Shown one piece after another: positions 18,629 to 26,656 of a stretch of DNA of 64,000 nt. The number at the start of each line of letters is the position of its first letter. Position 1 is the first letter of the stretch. The position numbers were made by a program, and so were the translations under genes. The notes below the pieces were generated by a model. That model was not told where the DNA came from. It made no database searches and was given only the letters and a program-made list of their open reading frames with translations. Source of the stretch: a virus (lineage: Duplodnaviria > Caudoviricetes); IMG/VR virus record IMGVR_UViG_3300048579_000388, positions 1-64,000 of that record; one strand, given 5' to 3'.

Positions 18629-19330
18629 CTAGCGCGCATATGACGATCCTCCGTCGTCACTCCACGCCGCGATGGCGACGGGTGCGATCTGTGCGGCGAG
18701 CGTCCGCATCGCCTCGGCGTAGAGGCGGATCTCGTATTGCGCGTGAGGATCCATGCGCAGGTCGAGAAAGCCGAGAAGGTTGCGCAGGTCGACCTTGGCG
18801 AACATGTGGCTGTAGGTCGAGACGGGCAGGAGCGCGCGCGCGAGCTCTCGCGGCCAACCTTTGTCGAGCAGAGTGCGATAATGCTTGAAGGCACGTTCGC
18901 AGCTCGCGCGGTAGAGCTCTACCTCGTGGAAGCGATTACCGATATCGTCTTCGGTACGAAGTGCCTCGCGGCCCTGCTTGTTCGACGTCGACTGCTTTCC
19001 GATCTCGAGGAAGTCGGGCACGTAAAATTCTTCCGGCAGCTCGCGGTAGCGAGCCGAGAGTTCGTTGAAGGCCCAGGTCCGGTGGCGATGCCATTGGCGG
19101 AAGACGAAGATCGGCGCCTTGACTTCGAACTGGAACTCGACCGCCTCGAACGGCGAGGTGTGCCGGTCACGCCATAGGCGGCGGATCAGGCGGGTATCGG
19201 ATCCTTCGTTCTCTCCGGCGCGCCACGCCGCGTCATAGGAGACGCGGGCCGCGCGCACGATCGAGAGATCGCCGCCCATATGGTCGACGAGGCGGACGAA
19301 TCCGTGATCGAGGACGTCGATCTTGTTCAT
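18629..19330 (-). CDS. thyX: FAD-dependent thymidylate synthase
   Basis: HTSPFE...RQWHRHRTWAFNELSARY signature. Confidence 0.93.
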   Translation of the reverse strand: MNKIDVLDHGFVRLVDHMGGDLSIVRAARVSYDAAWRAGENEGSDTRLIRRLWRDRHTSPFEAVEFQFEVKAPIFVFRQWHRHRTWAFNELSARYRELPEEFYVPDFLEIGKQSTSNKQGREALRTEDDIGNRFHEVELYRASCERAFKHYRTLLDKGWPRELARALLPVSTYSHMFAKVDLRNLLGFLDLRMDPHAQYEIRLYAEAMRTLAAQIAPVAIAAWSDDGGSSYAR

Positions 19331-19557
19331 GATGGGTTCCTTTTCAGATAATCAGCCAGTCGAGCGGCATACCAAGCCGATTTTTCGTAGTCCTCGGCGC
19401 CGTTCTTCTTTGATGCGCGCGCCTGGTATTTGATGATGTTGAACTTCATGGCGCCGAAGAATTCGTCGCGGCTGAGCCACGCCTCGAGGACCTTGATGAC
19501 CTCGTAGGGGTTTTCTGCGCCCCCATAGTGGGATGGATGGTCGACTGCGGCGCTCAT
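19327..19557 (-). CDS. DUF3310 family protein
   Basis: VDHPSHY...NIIKY..RA.KKNG.ED..K..WY. Confidence 0.8.
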   Translation of the reverse strand: MSAAVDHPSHYGGAENPYEVIKVLEAWLSRDEFFGAMKFNIIKYQARASKKNGAEDYEKSAWYAARLADYLKRNPS

Positions 19558-20549
19558 CTTGCGAGACCCCTTTTGATGCCGAGGAAATTGAGCAGGTTTT
19601 GGCTGTCGGCCCAGCCGGCGTGACCGATCCACGCCGCAAGGAATTTCTCCAATCGGGCATGGTCTCCGGCCGCGCGATAGGCTCGGATCTTGCGCTTGGC
19701 GCGTATCACGCTGTCACGGCGCAGCAGCTTATGGTTCGGCCAGATGCGGTAGCCGACGAAATTGACGCCGCGACTGACCGGCTGGATGCTCCATTTGGAA
19801 AAGCGCAGGCCAAGCTGTTCGCGCGAGAGCATCTCGATCGAGGCGCGGACGCGACGGAGGTGCTCGGCCGATTGGCCGAGCACGACGATGTCATCCATGT
19901 AGCGATACCAGTAGTGCTCGCCGAGCGTCTGTTGCAGGTGGCGATCGACGACGCCAGCATAGATGTTGGCGAAGATCTGCGAGGCAAGGTTGCCGATCGG
20001 CAGGCCGATGCCTGATCGTGGCACGATCGTCTCGATCAATCGCTGCGTCGCTCGGCAGGAGATCTTTGCCTCGATTAGGCGCCAGAGTACACCATGTTCG
20101 ATGCAGGCAAAGTAACGCGAGAAATCCGTCTTCAGCGCATAGAGCGGCCCACGGTCACGCGAAAGGCGGCGGAGGTCGGCTTGGAGGGTGATCGCCGCTT
20201 GGTGCGTGCCCTTGCCGGGGCGGCAGGCATAGGAGCGGGGCAGCAGTGTCGCCTCGAAGATAGGGCCGATGATGGCGCAAAGCGCCTGTTGCGCCACGCG
20301 ATCCTCGAATGGAAGCGCGGAGATCAGTCGTTCCTTTGGGTCGAAGATCCGGAACTCCTGCGGCGTACCTGGGCGATAGGCGCCATCGCGCATGGCCTGC
20401 GCGAGGTCGGCGAGGTTGAGCGCAGAGAATTCCTTGAATTCCAGATAGCCAGGCGTCAGCCGTTTGCCGCGCGACGTGAGGCGCAATGCCTCACGCATGT
20501 TCGCATCGTCGGTGATGCGACCGATGAGGTTGCGATATTTCTTGGACAT
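19554..20549 (-). CDS. DGR reverse transcriptase (Brt-like, 331 aa)
   Basis: KER.I.ALPFEDRVAQ, SYACRPGKGTH, LKTDFSRYF, GLPIGNLASQIFAN, RYMDDIV, FVGYRI; next to avd and TR. Confidence 0.95.
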   Translation of the reverse strand: MSKKYRNLIGRITDDANMREALRLTSRGKRLTPGYLEFKEFSALNLADLAQAMRDGAYRPGTPQEFRIFDPKERLISALPFEDRVAQQALCAIIGPIFEATLLPRSYACRPGKGTHQAAITLQADLRRLSRDRGPLYALKTDFSRYFACIEHGVLWRLIEAKISCRATQRLIETIVPRSGIGLPIGNLASQIFANIYAGVVDRHLQQTLGEHYWYRYMDDIVVLGQSAEHLRRVRASIEMLSREQLGLRFSKWSIQPVSRGVNFVGYRIWPNHKLLRRDSVIRAKRKIRAYRAAGDHARLEKFLAAWIGHAGWADSQNLLNFLGIKRGLAR

Positions 20550-20777
20550 GATCCGCGGATGAAAATGAATTTGATGAAAATGCCGGTCGCGGGTTTCGAC
20601 GGCTCTGCCGCTACTCCCCGCTGTACCGGACCTTGAAGTGTATTCGCCTAGGCCGGACGGCTGGGCCGACCACCCCCGTGTTTTGCCAGAGGCAAAATCA
20701 CGATGTTGCCAGCCAGAGGCCGCAACGGTGGAAGATGACCGGCGTGACCGTGACCAGCGCCGCGTCGGAAAAGGGTC
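20550..20777 (-). ncRNA. DGR RNA 3' spacer (structured)
   Basis: Lies between TR and RT; hairpin TTTTGCC-TCT-GGCAAAA at 20681-20697. Confidence 0.55.
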
Positions 20778-20898
20778 GTCGCAGGCGCCGCGCGCCCCGA
20801 TGTTCTCGTTCGAGTTCTCGGGCCAGTAGTCCAAGTTCGCGTAGCGGGAGCCGGCGTTGTCGCCGTTGATCCACGAGCCGCCGAAGATGGAAGGACGC
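20778..20898 (-). repeat. DGR template repeat (TR)
   Basis: 121 bp, 22 adenines, six AAC codons; matches both VRs almost only outside adenines. Confidence 0.95.
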
Positions 20899-20905
20899 AT
20901 CGACA

Positions 20906-21283
20906 TCATTGCCCCGACCGCCCGCTTTGCTTCGCCGTCTTGACCCATTGACCCAGCATCGCACCCGTCTCAGCGAGCGGCCGAAAAACCGTGGCGAGCT
21001 GATGAGGGGTGATGATCCTGATGTCTGGGCGAGCGGCGAAGCGAAGAGAAAAACGCAGCGTCGCGAGATGCGCATCGGCCTCATAGAGGCGCGACGGCTG
21101 TTTCGATTTCGCTGCCTGGTAGAGCAGGCGTACTTGTTCCAGCAACAACCCAATGAGATGGTCGCGCAGCGTGCCGTGTTTGCGCGGTCCAGCCTGGATT
21201 TTCGGGTAGATGTAGTTCAAGGCAACCTCGTATTTTTCGATGATGGCCAGATCGCGCGCGTCGATGTTTTCGTCACGGGTCAT
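20906..21283 (-). CDS. avd: DGR accessory variability determinant
   Basis: 125 aa helical, between target and TR; LYEADAHLATLRFSLRFA...ETGAMLGQWVK. Confidence 0.88.
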   Translation of the reverse strand: MTRDENIDARDLAIIEKYEVALNYIYPKIQAGPRKHGTLRDHLIGLLLEQVRLLYQAAKSKQPSRLYEADAHLATLRFSLRFAARPDIRIITPHQLATVFRPLAETGAMLGQWVKTAKQSGRSGQ

Positions 21284-21312
21284 CTGGAAATTTCCGATTT
21301 CGGGAGGGTCAG

Positions 21313-21332
21313 GCCTGCGCTTCCGCGCAGGC
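21313..21332 (-). promoter_or_regulatory. DGR target-recognition hairpin after VR1
   Basis: GCCTGCGC-GGAA-GCGCAGGC at the stop codon. Confidence 0.85.
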
Positions 21333-22258
21333 TAAGCAGGGCTCAGGTGGCCGCAGGCGCCGCGCGCCCCGATGTATCCGTGCGAGTACCCGGGCCAGTA
21401 GTCCAAGCTCGCGGAGCGGGAGCCGGCGTAGTCGCCGTTGACCCACGAGCCGCCGAAGATGGAAGGACGCGGGATATCCGGGTGTCCATCCGTGCCCCAC
21501 TGCCACACGGTTCCCGTGGCATCGAACAGCCCGTGCTTGCTGATGAAGCGGTGTCCTTCATCGCTCAGCGTGCCGGTGATTTTGGGATCGCGATCGCGCG
21601 AGCATCGCTCTTCCACGCCATAGGCGGCGGCGAAGAATTCTTCGGCAAACAGAAGGCGCTTGCCATGGGCCGCGTAGATTTCGACCGCCGTAGCGTAGTC
21701 AAGCTTCTTTGTCTTTTCGGATCCGTCAGGATGATCCGGCAAATCCCGACCGTCGGCGATAACGGCGCCACAGCGGCTGGTGCCGTGCGCCAGATGGTCG
21801 GTGCCGAGCAGATAGATATCAACCCAGAAGCGGAGGCCATGCATTTCGACGAAGGTCATGCCGCGCGGGTCTTTGCAGGCCGGGCGGAAGTCGAGATCCC
21901 ATAGCGAGAATGGGTTAATCGCCGGAACAGCGTCGCCGCCTGCTTTGCCAAGGGCATTGCCGCCCGGTGCGAAATGGAAGCCGGCGAAGGCGCCGCTGGC
22001 GACAACACCTGGATGTGCCGGCGCCGCGAAGGGCGCGCCCGACACATCGACATCGATGGCGTAATCGCAGCCAGGCTTCAGCTCGTCGGTTTCGATCGCT
22101 GTATCACTGTCGAAGGCGACCTTGCGGCCGTCGATCTCGATCACGGTTCCGCCTCGGATGGCAATGTCGGCGCGGCCTGCGGTGACGAGAATGGATTTCG
22201 AGGCCTCATGGCGGGCGATCCGGATCGGACGCGAAAGGGTTTCTGCAACTGCAGTCAT
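21332..22258 (-). CDS. DGR target 1, Mtd-like C-type lectin-fold protein
   Basis: GFHFAPGG, INPFSLWDLDFRP, DPRGMT, WVDIYLLG, FGGSW...IGARGAC; VR at C-terminus. Confidence 0.9.
   Translation of the reverse strand: MTAVAETLSRPIRIARHEASKSILVTAGRADIAIRGGTVIEIDGRKVAFDSDTAIETDELKPGCDYAIDVDVSGAPFAAPAHPGVVASGAFAGFHFAPGGNALGKAGGDAVPAINPFSLWDLDFRPACKDPRGMTFVEMHGLRFWVDIYLLGTDHLAHGTSRCGAVIADGRDLPDHPDGSEKTKKLDYATAVEIYAAHGKRLLFAEEFFAAAYGVEERCSRDRDPKITGTLSDEGHRFISKHGLFDATGTVWQWGTDGHPDIPRPSIFGGSWVNGDYAGSRSASLDYWPGYSHGYIGARGACGHLSPA
21350..21470 (-). repeat. Variable repeat VR1
   Basis: 11 mismatches to TR: 10 at TR adenines, 1 G-to-A. Confidence 0.95.
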
Positions 22259-22289
22259 GGGTCTATTCCTTGATTGTGGGGAGGGGCAG

Positions 22290-22309
22290 GACTGCGCTTT
22301 CGCGCAGTC
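22290..22309 (-). promoter_or_regulatory. DGR target-recognition hairpin after VR2
   Basis: GACTGCGC-GAAA-GCGCAGTC at the stop codon. Confidence 0.85.
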
Positions 22310-23517
22310 TAAACAGGACGCAGGTGGTCGCAGGCGCCGCGCGCCCCGATGGTCTCGTCCGAGTGCCCGGGCCAGGAGTCCAAGTCCGCGTAGCGGGAGC
22401 CGGCGCCGGCGCCGTCGAGCCACGAGCCGCCGAAGATGGAAGGACGCGAGAAATCCGGATCGCCATCGGTGCCCCAGATGTGCATGTTGCCGGTGGCCTG
22501 CATCAGGCCGAAACGGCTGGTGCGCGGGGCGTCCAGGCAGGTCTGTTCCGGTTCGCGGGGCGCGGCGGACTTCTCGGTCACGCCATAGGCGGCGATGCGG
22601 AACTCGTCGTATGTCGGCAAGCGTTTGCCGTGCTCGGCCATGATTGCCTTTGCCGTTTCGTAATCGAGCTTATCGAGCGACCAGCCATCGGCGATCGTTG
22701 CGCCGCGATGGCTCGTGCCTGATGTCTTGTGGTTGGTGCCGAGCAGGTAGATGTCGAACCAGCAACGGATGCCATCGGCCTCGACGAGCGTCATACCGCG
22801 CGGATCGGGGCAGGATGGGCGGAAGTCGAGATCCCAGAGGGAGAAGGGATTGATGGCGGGCTCACTGTCGCCGCCGGAGCGAGCTTGCGCATGACCACCG
22901 GGCGCGAAGTGGAAACCCGCGAAGAAGCTTGCGTTCAGCGGGTTGGCGCCGACAGGCGTTGCGATCGGCTCGCCTTTGGCGTCGAGCGTGATGGCGTAGT
23001 CGCGGCCCGCCGCCAGATCGGCGATCGGGACCGTGACAGGATTGGGGAACGCGTGCTCCGTCTCGTCGATGCGAATGACCGTGCCGGCGCGGATGGCCAG
23101 CTCAGTCTTGCCGTGGGCTGAGAGAATGGGGAGCGAAACATCCGGGCGCGTGATGAGGGTTGGCGCTCCAGCGCTTCTCGGCGCGGCCGTGACCAGTCGC
23201 GTGACCAATCCAACCTTCTCGCTCGTTGTATTGAACTTTGCCGGCACCGCTTCGCCGAACAGGTCAATGCCTTCATCCATAGCGATAAGGTCAGCGCAGA
23301 TGACGACGTCGGCCAGTTCTTCTGCCAGTTGCTGGCGTGACGCCCGTGATCCAGGCAGGCCGATGCGCTCGCGGTCAATCTTCTTGATGACGTTGCAGGC
23401 TTCGCCGACTTCTCCGGCGAGCTCATTGCCGCGATAAGCGAGTGTGATCTTGTTGTCCTTATCCCATTCCTTCTGGCGCGCGACATTAGCCGAACGCAGA
23501 TCATTGAAGCTGCTCAT
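22309..23517 (-). CDS. DGR target 2: MazG-like NTP pyrophosphohydrolase fused to Mtd-like lectin-fold domain
   Basis: aa 1-108 ELAGEVGE...EELADV...KFN; remainder paralogous to target 1, with VR2. Confidence 0.88.
   Translation of the reverse strand: MSSFNDLRSANVARQKEWDKDNKITLAYRGNELAGEVGEACNVIKKIDRERIGLPGSRASRQQLAEELADVVICADLIAMDEGIDLFGEAVPAKFNTTSEKVGLVTRLVTAAPRSAGAPTLITRPDVSLPILSAHGKTELAIRAGTVIRIDETEHAFPNPVTVPIADLAAGRDYAITLDAKGEPIATPVGANPLNASFFAGFHFAPGGHAQARSGGDSEPAINPFSLWDLDFRPSCPDPRGMTLVEADGIRCWFDIYLLGTNHKTSGTSHRGATIADGWSLDKLDYETAKAIMAEHGKRLPTYDEFRIAAYGVTEKSAAPREPEQTCLDAPRTSRFGLMQATGNMHIWGTDGDPDFSRPSIFGGSWLDGAGAGSRYADLDSWPGHSDETIGARGACDHLRPV
22327..22447 (-). repeat. Variable repeat VR2
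   Basis: 11 mismatches to TR, all at TR adenines. Confidence 0.95.
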
Positions 23518-24656
23518 AGTGTAATCCCCTGGATTTTCATGGGTACGAGGAGGGTGAAATCGTCGGGCTTGCCGACGGGGCGGAGAATGCTGTTGTCGGT
23601 CGCCCGATTGAGCAGAAGTTCGACCTGGTCACCGGCATGATGGGCCAGCGCCTCACTGAGATATTTGCCGTTGAAGGCGATGGTGATTTCGAGATCGGCC
23701 TCGGCCGGGATCTCGTCCTCGCCTTCGCCGGAGCGGAAATCCTTGGCGGCGAGCGTGACGGTGCCGGCCTCGAAGGCGAAGGTCATGCCCTTCGATGCAT
23801 CCGGCGTGGCGATGAGGACGCGCTCGACCGCGCTCGCCATCGCCGCGCGCGAGAACTGGGCCGAATGGCTGTTCTGCCGCGCTGGCCGGGTGAGCGCGCC
23901 CCAGTCAATGAACTGGGCGTCGATCAGCTTCGAGATCAGGGTGATGGTGCCCGCGGTGACCACCATGCGCTCCTCGGCAAAGCCAAGCGTGATATCGTCG
24001 AAATCGCCGGCGAGCTTGAGGATCCGACCGACGGTGTCTGACGGCACCAATGTGGGCGGGATGGATGCGAATGGATCCTCGGGGTCGAAGGCCATGGCAG
24101 GGATCAGGCGCCGCTCGATGCGATATCGATCGGTGGAGACGAGGTTGAGGCCATCCTCGGCGCCCTGCATGAAGACGCCGCAGATATAGAGGACGGTCTG
24201 GTCCTTCGATGTGGCGTATTCCACGGCCGAAAGCGCTTCGGCGAGGATGCCGGAATCAAGCCTGACCTTGTGAGTGAGATTGCCCGCGTCGAGCTTGGGA
24301 TAGTCCGACGCGGGCAGGACCGGCACCTTCAGGCGGGAACGGCCGGATTTGAGATTGATATGCTCGAGGCGGCCGTCTTCGATGATCGGTTCGACCGTGA
24401 TGGCGGTGTCGGGGGCTCGCTTGACGAACTCCACCATCGGCTGGATGGGGCAGGTGAAGGGCGTGAAGCCCGATGCTGCGGTTGCTTCGAAGGTGCAGGT
24501 CAGCTCGATATCCATGCTGCTGCCGCGCGCGACGAAGGTTTCGTTCTCACGGGTTATGAGAACATTCTGCAGAATGGGCGTCGTGTGCTTCGGCCGGATG
24601 GCCGGCTGCACGGCCGCGAGCGCCGCGGCGAGGGCGGCCTTGTCAGCTTTGAGCAT
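23514..24656 (-). CDS. dnaN: DNA polymerase III beta sliding clamp (phage copy)
   Basis: TPILQNVLI, VSTDRYRI, LISKLIDAQFIDW, IAFNGKYL; 380 aa. Confidence 0.9.
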   Translation of the reverse strand: MLKADKAALAAALAAVQPAIRPKHTTPILQNVLITRENETFVARGSSMDIELTCTFEATAASGFTPFTCPIQPMVEFVKRAPDTAITVEPIIEDGRLEHINLKSGRSRLKVPVLPASDYPKLDAGNLTHKVRLDSGILAEALSAVEYATSKDQTVLYICGVFMQGAEDGLNLVSTDRYRIERRLIPAMAFDPEDPFASIPPTLVPSDTVGRILKLAGDFDDITLGFAEERMVVTAGTITLISKLIDAQFIDWGALTRPARQNSHSAQFSRAAMASAVERVLIATPDASKGMTFAFEAGTVTLAAKDFRSGEGEDEIPAEADLEITIAFNGKYLSEALAHHAGDQVELLLNRATDNSILRPVGKPDDFTLLVPMKIQGITL

Positions 24657-24849
24657 GGAGAGCTTCCTTTGCACGGCCGCTATTGATTCGCCGGACGAGG
24701 CGCAACTCGTCCTGCGGCGGACGAAGACCTTCGCCCTTGTAGCGGTCAAAGAGGAGAGTTAGGGCCTCCTCGCAATCGCCTTCGGCGATGGTGCGATAGA
24801 GATTTTCGACCCAGACATGGAAGGGTTCATTGCCAGGATGCATGGTCAT
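24643..24849 (-). CDS. Small hypothetical protein
   Basis: 68 aa between ssb and dnaN. Confidence 0.5.
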   Translation of the reverse strand: MTMHPGNEPFHVWVENLYRTIAEGDCEEALTLLFDRYKGEGLRPPQDELRLVRRINSGRAKEALHAQS

Positions 24850-24853
24850 TTTC

Positions 24854-25363
24854 CTAGAACGGGATGTCGTCGTCCATGTCCCGGCTGAAGCTGGGCGGAG
24901 ACGATGATGTTGATCGGCGGGAATTCGACTGCCCCCCCGTCGAGCGGCCGGCAGCGCGGTCGCTGTCGTAGCCGTAATCGTCGGGCTCGCCAGCGGGCGG
25001 TCGATTGGAAGGCTGCTTGTCGAGCAGGTCGAGGGCGCAGTTGAAACCCTGCAGCACGACTTCGGTCGTGTAGCGGTCTTGGCCGGACTGATCCTGCCAT
25101 TTGCGGGTGGTCAGATGGCCCTCGATAGCGACGAATGATCCCTTGTGGACGCGCTCTTCGCAGAGCTTCGCCAGCCCCTCGGCGAAGATGACGACCGTGT
25201 GCCATTCGGTCTTTTCCTTCCACTCGCCGGATGCGCGATCCTTCCAGCTTTCGGAGGTCGCGATCCTGAGATTGGCGATCGGGCGCCCGTCCTGGGTGCG
25301 GCGGATCTCCGGCTCAGCGCCGACATTGCCGCGCAGCATCACTCGGTTCATGTAGCGGGACAT
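24854..25363 (-). CDS. ssb: Single-stranded DNA-binding protein
   Basis: NRVMLRGNVG.EPEIR...TEWHTVVIF...DDDIPF. Confidence 0.95.
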   Translation of the reverse strand: MSRYMNRVMLRGNVGAEPEIRRTQDGRPIANLRIATSESWKDRASGEWKEKTEWHTVVIFAEGLAKLCEERVHKGSFVAIEGHLTTRKWQDQSGQDRYTTEVVLQGFNCALDLLDKQPSNRPPAGEPDDYGYDSDRAAGRSTGGQSNSRRSTSSSPPSFSRDMDDDIPF

Positions 25364-25731
25364 CAGGCGACCTCTGCGTTGGCGATGGGCGGAGAAGACT
25401 GCGGCGGCTCGGCCGGCATGCAGGCGGCGATGCCGAGAAGCGCGGTGGCGAGAATATGGATGTGCTGCGATCCGGTCAGCGCGATCGGATCCGAGGCGCA
25501 GACGGCGATAGCGAGCTCGATCGCCTTGTCTGGATCGACCGGGCCAACGATCAGGCGGCCGCCTGGCGCGGTGAGGACGAAGCAGCCCTCGTTGTAGACC
25601 GCGACGGCCGGTGAGCCGTCCTTAGCCGTGCCTGTCCTGACCTCGCCACCTTCGATCACCGAGTAGATGGCGCGTCCCTTGGGCAAGGTGACGAGCGGCT
25701 CGGGTGCGATGCGGATTTCGTCGCGCTTCAT
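25363..25731 (-). CDS. Hypothetical protein
   Basis: 122 aa from MKRDEIR; overlaps neighbours. Confidence 0.55.
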   Translation of the reverse strand: MKRDEIRIAPEPLVTLPKGRAIYSVIEGGEVRTGTAKDGSPAVAVYNEGCFVLTAPGGRLIVGPVDPDKAIELAIAVCASDPIALTGSQHIHILATALLGIAACMPAEPPQSSPPIANAEVA

Positions 25732-26399
25732 GCGAGCCTCGCCTGGGCTGCGATCGCCGAACGATGCGCGATGCGCTCTGGCGTGATCATGTCGCTCAGC
25801 ATGACGACAAATTTTTCCTCTGCGACGCCGGGCAACCACGGCTTGATTGCCCCCGTCGTCTTGGGAATGGTTAATTTGGGAAACTGGCGCTCGGCGCGCT
25901 TGCCAAACAGGGCGACGGCTTCGGCCGCGCACATGCGATCGTCCATCGCCTTCACCAGTTTCCGCTGTTTCGGCGACCACTCGGCCGGCAGCGGCAGGCC
26001 GGCGGCGAGATAGATCACATCGTCCCAGCGCGCCTTGGCGAGGTTGATGGCCTCTTTAACCGCCAGCGTCGGCAGCATGCCGCAGAGCAGCTGTTCCATC
26101 GGTCTGGTTATGTCGCCCAACGCCCATTCATGTGCGTCATGCAGCAGGAAGAGTGCTGCAGTCTGTTTGTCAGCACCTTCATTGATCAGTGCTTGAGCGC
26201 CCATCACAGAGTGCTGCGCGACCGAATAGGCAAGGCCGCCAGGAATGCCATTGAAGCGGGCGATGCGTGAGAGCGTGCCAGAGATCTCGATAAAGCAGAC
26301 CGAGGCCGGATCAGGCTGGGCCAGATCCTTGATGGTACCGTCGCGATTGAAGGACGGAATCATTCGATCGACCAGGCGTGGGAGATTGGCTGCCTTCAC
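25728..26399 (-). CDS. HD-domain phosphohydrolase (YfbR-like 5'-deoxynucleotidase)
   Basis: LSRIARFNG...YSVAQHSV...LLHDAHE..LGDI; GTGA start/stop overlap. Confidence 0.85.
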   Translation of the reverse strand: MKAANLPRLVDRMIPSFNRDGTIKDLAQPDPASVCFIEISGTLSRIARFNGIPGGLAYSVAQHSVMGAQALINEGADKQTAALFLLHDAHEWALGDITRPMEQLLCGMLPTLAVKEAINLAKARWDDVIYLAAGLPLPAEWSPKQRKLVKAMDDRMCAAEAVALFGKRAERQFPKLTIPKTTGAIKPWLPGVAEEKFVVMLSDMITPERIAHRSAIAAQARLA

Positions 26400-26656
26400 T
26401 CGACACTCCATTCGGCGCGGCGCTGGCGCGCAAAGCCTTCGAAATTGGGGAATTTTTCGTCGATGGCGGCATGGTTGCCCGCCACAAAACAGGCCGCGAA
26501 TTCATGCGGCATGTCGCAGCCTTCCTCGGCGACGAAATCCATCGCCACCCGCCAAGGGATGGTGCCGGCCTCTATGATGGCGCGGCTGCGGATGAACTGC
26601 CATGCGACAACGAGCAGGAGGATGAAGACGAGAGCGGTGAGGAGGGTGGTCAGCAT
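26396..26656 (-). CDS. Small membrane-anchored protein
   Basis: N-terminal hydrophobic helix. Confidence 0.55.
   Translation of the reverse strand: MLTTLLTALVFILLLVVAWQFIRSRAIIEAGTIPWRVAMDFVAEEGCDMPHEFAACFVAGNHAAIDEKFPNFEGFARQRRAEWSVE

Noticed and set aside
19554-20549. RT as group II intron, retron or Abi RT
   Set aside because: No maturase/endonuclease extension or msr-msd seen; avd, TR, two adenine-variant VRs and hairpins identify a DGR.
20909-21904. Plus-strand ORFs across the DGR (also 22270-22722) with apparent repeats
   Set aside because: They only mirror the TR/VR repeats on the antisense strand.
18629-26399. 2-aminoadenine (Z) genome pathway
   Set aside because: HD and MazG-like domains are present but no PurZ-like gene is in the window.
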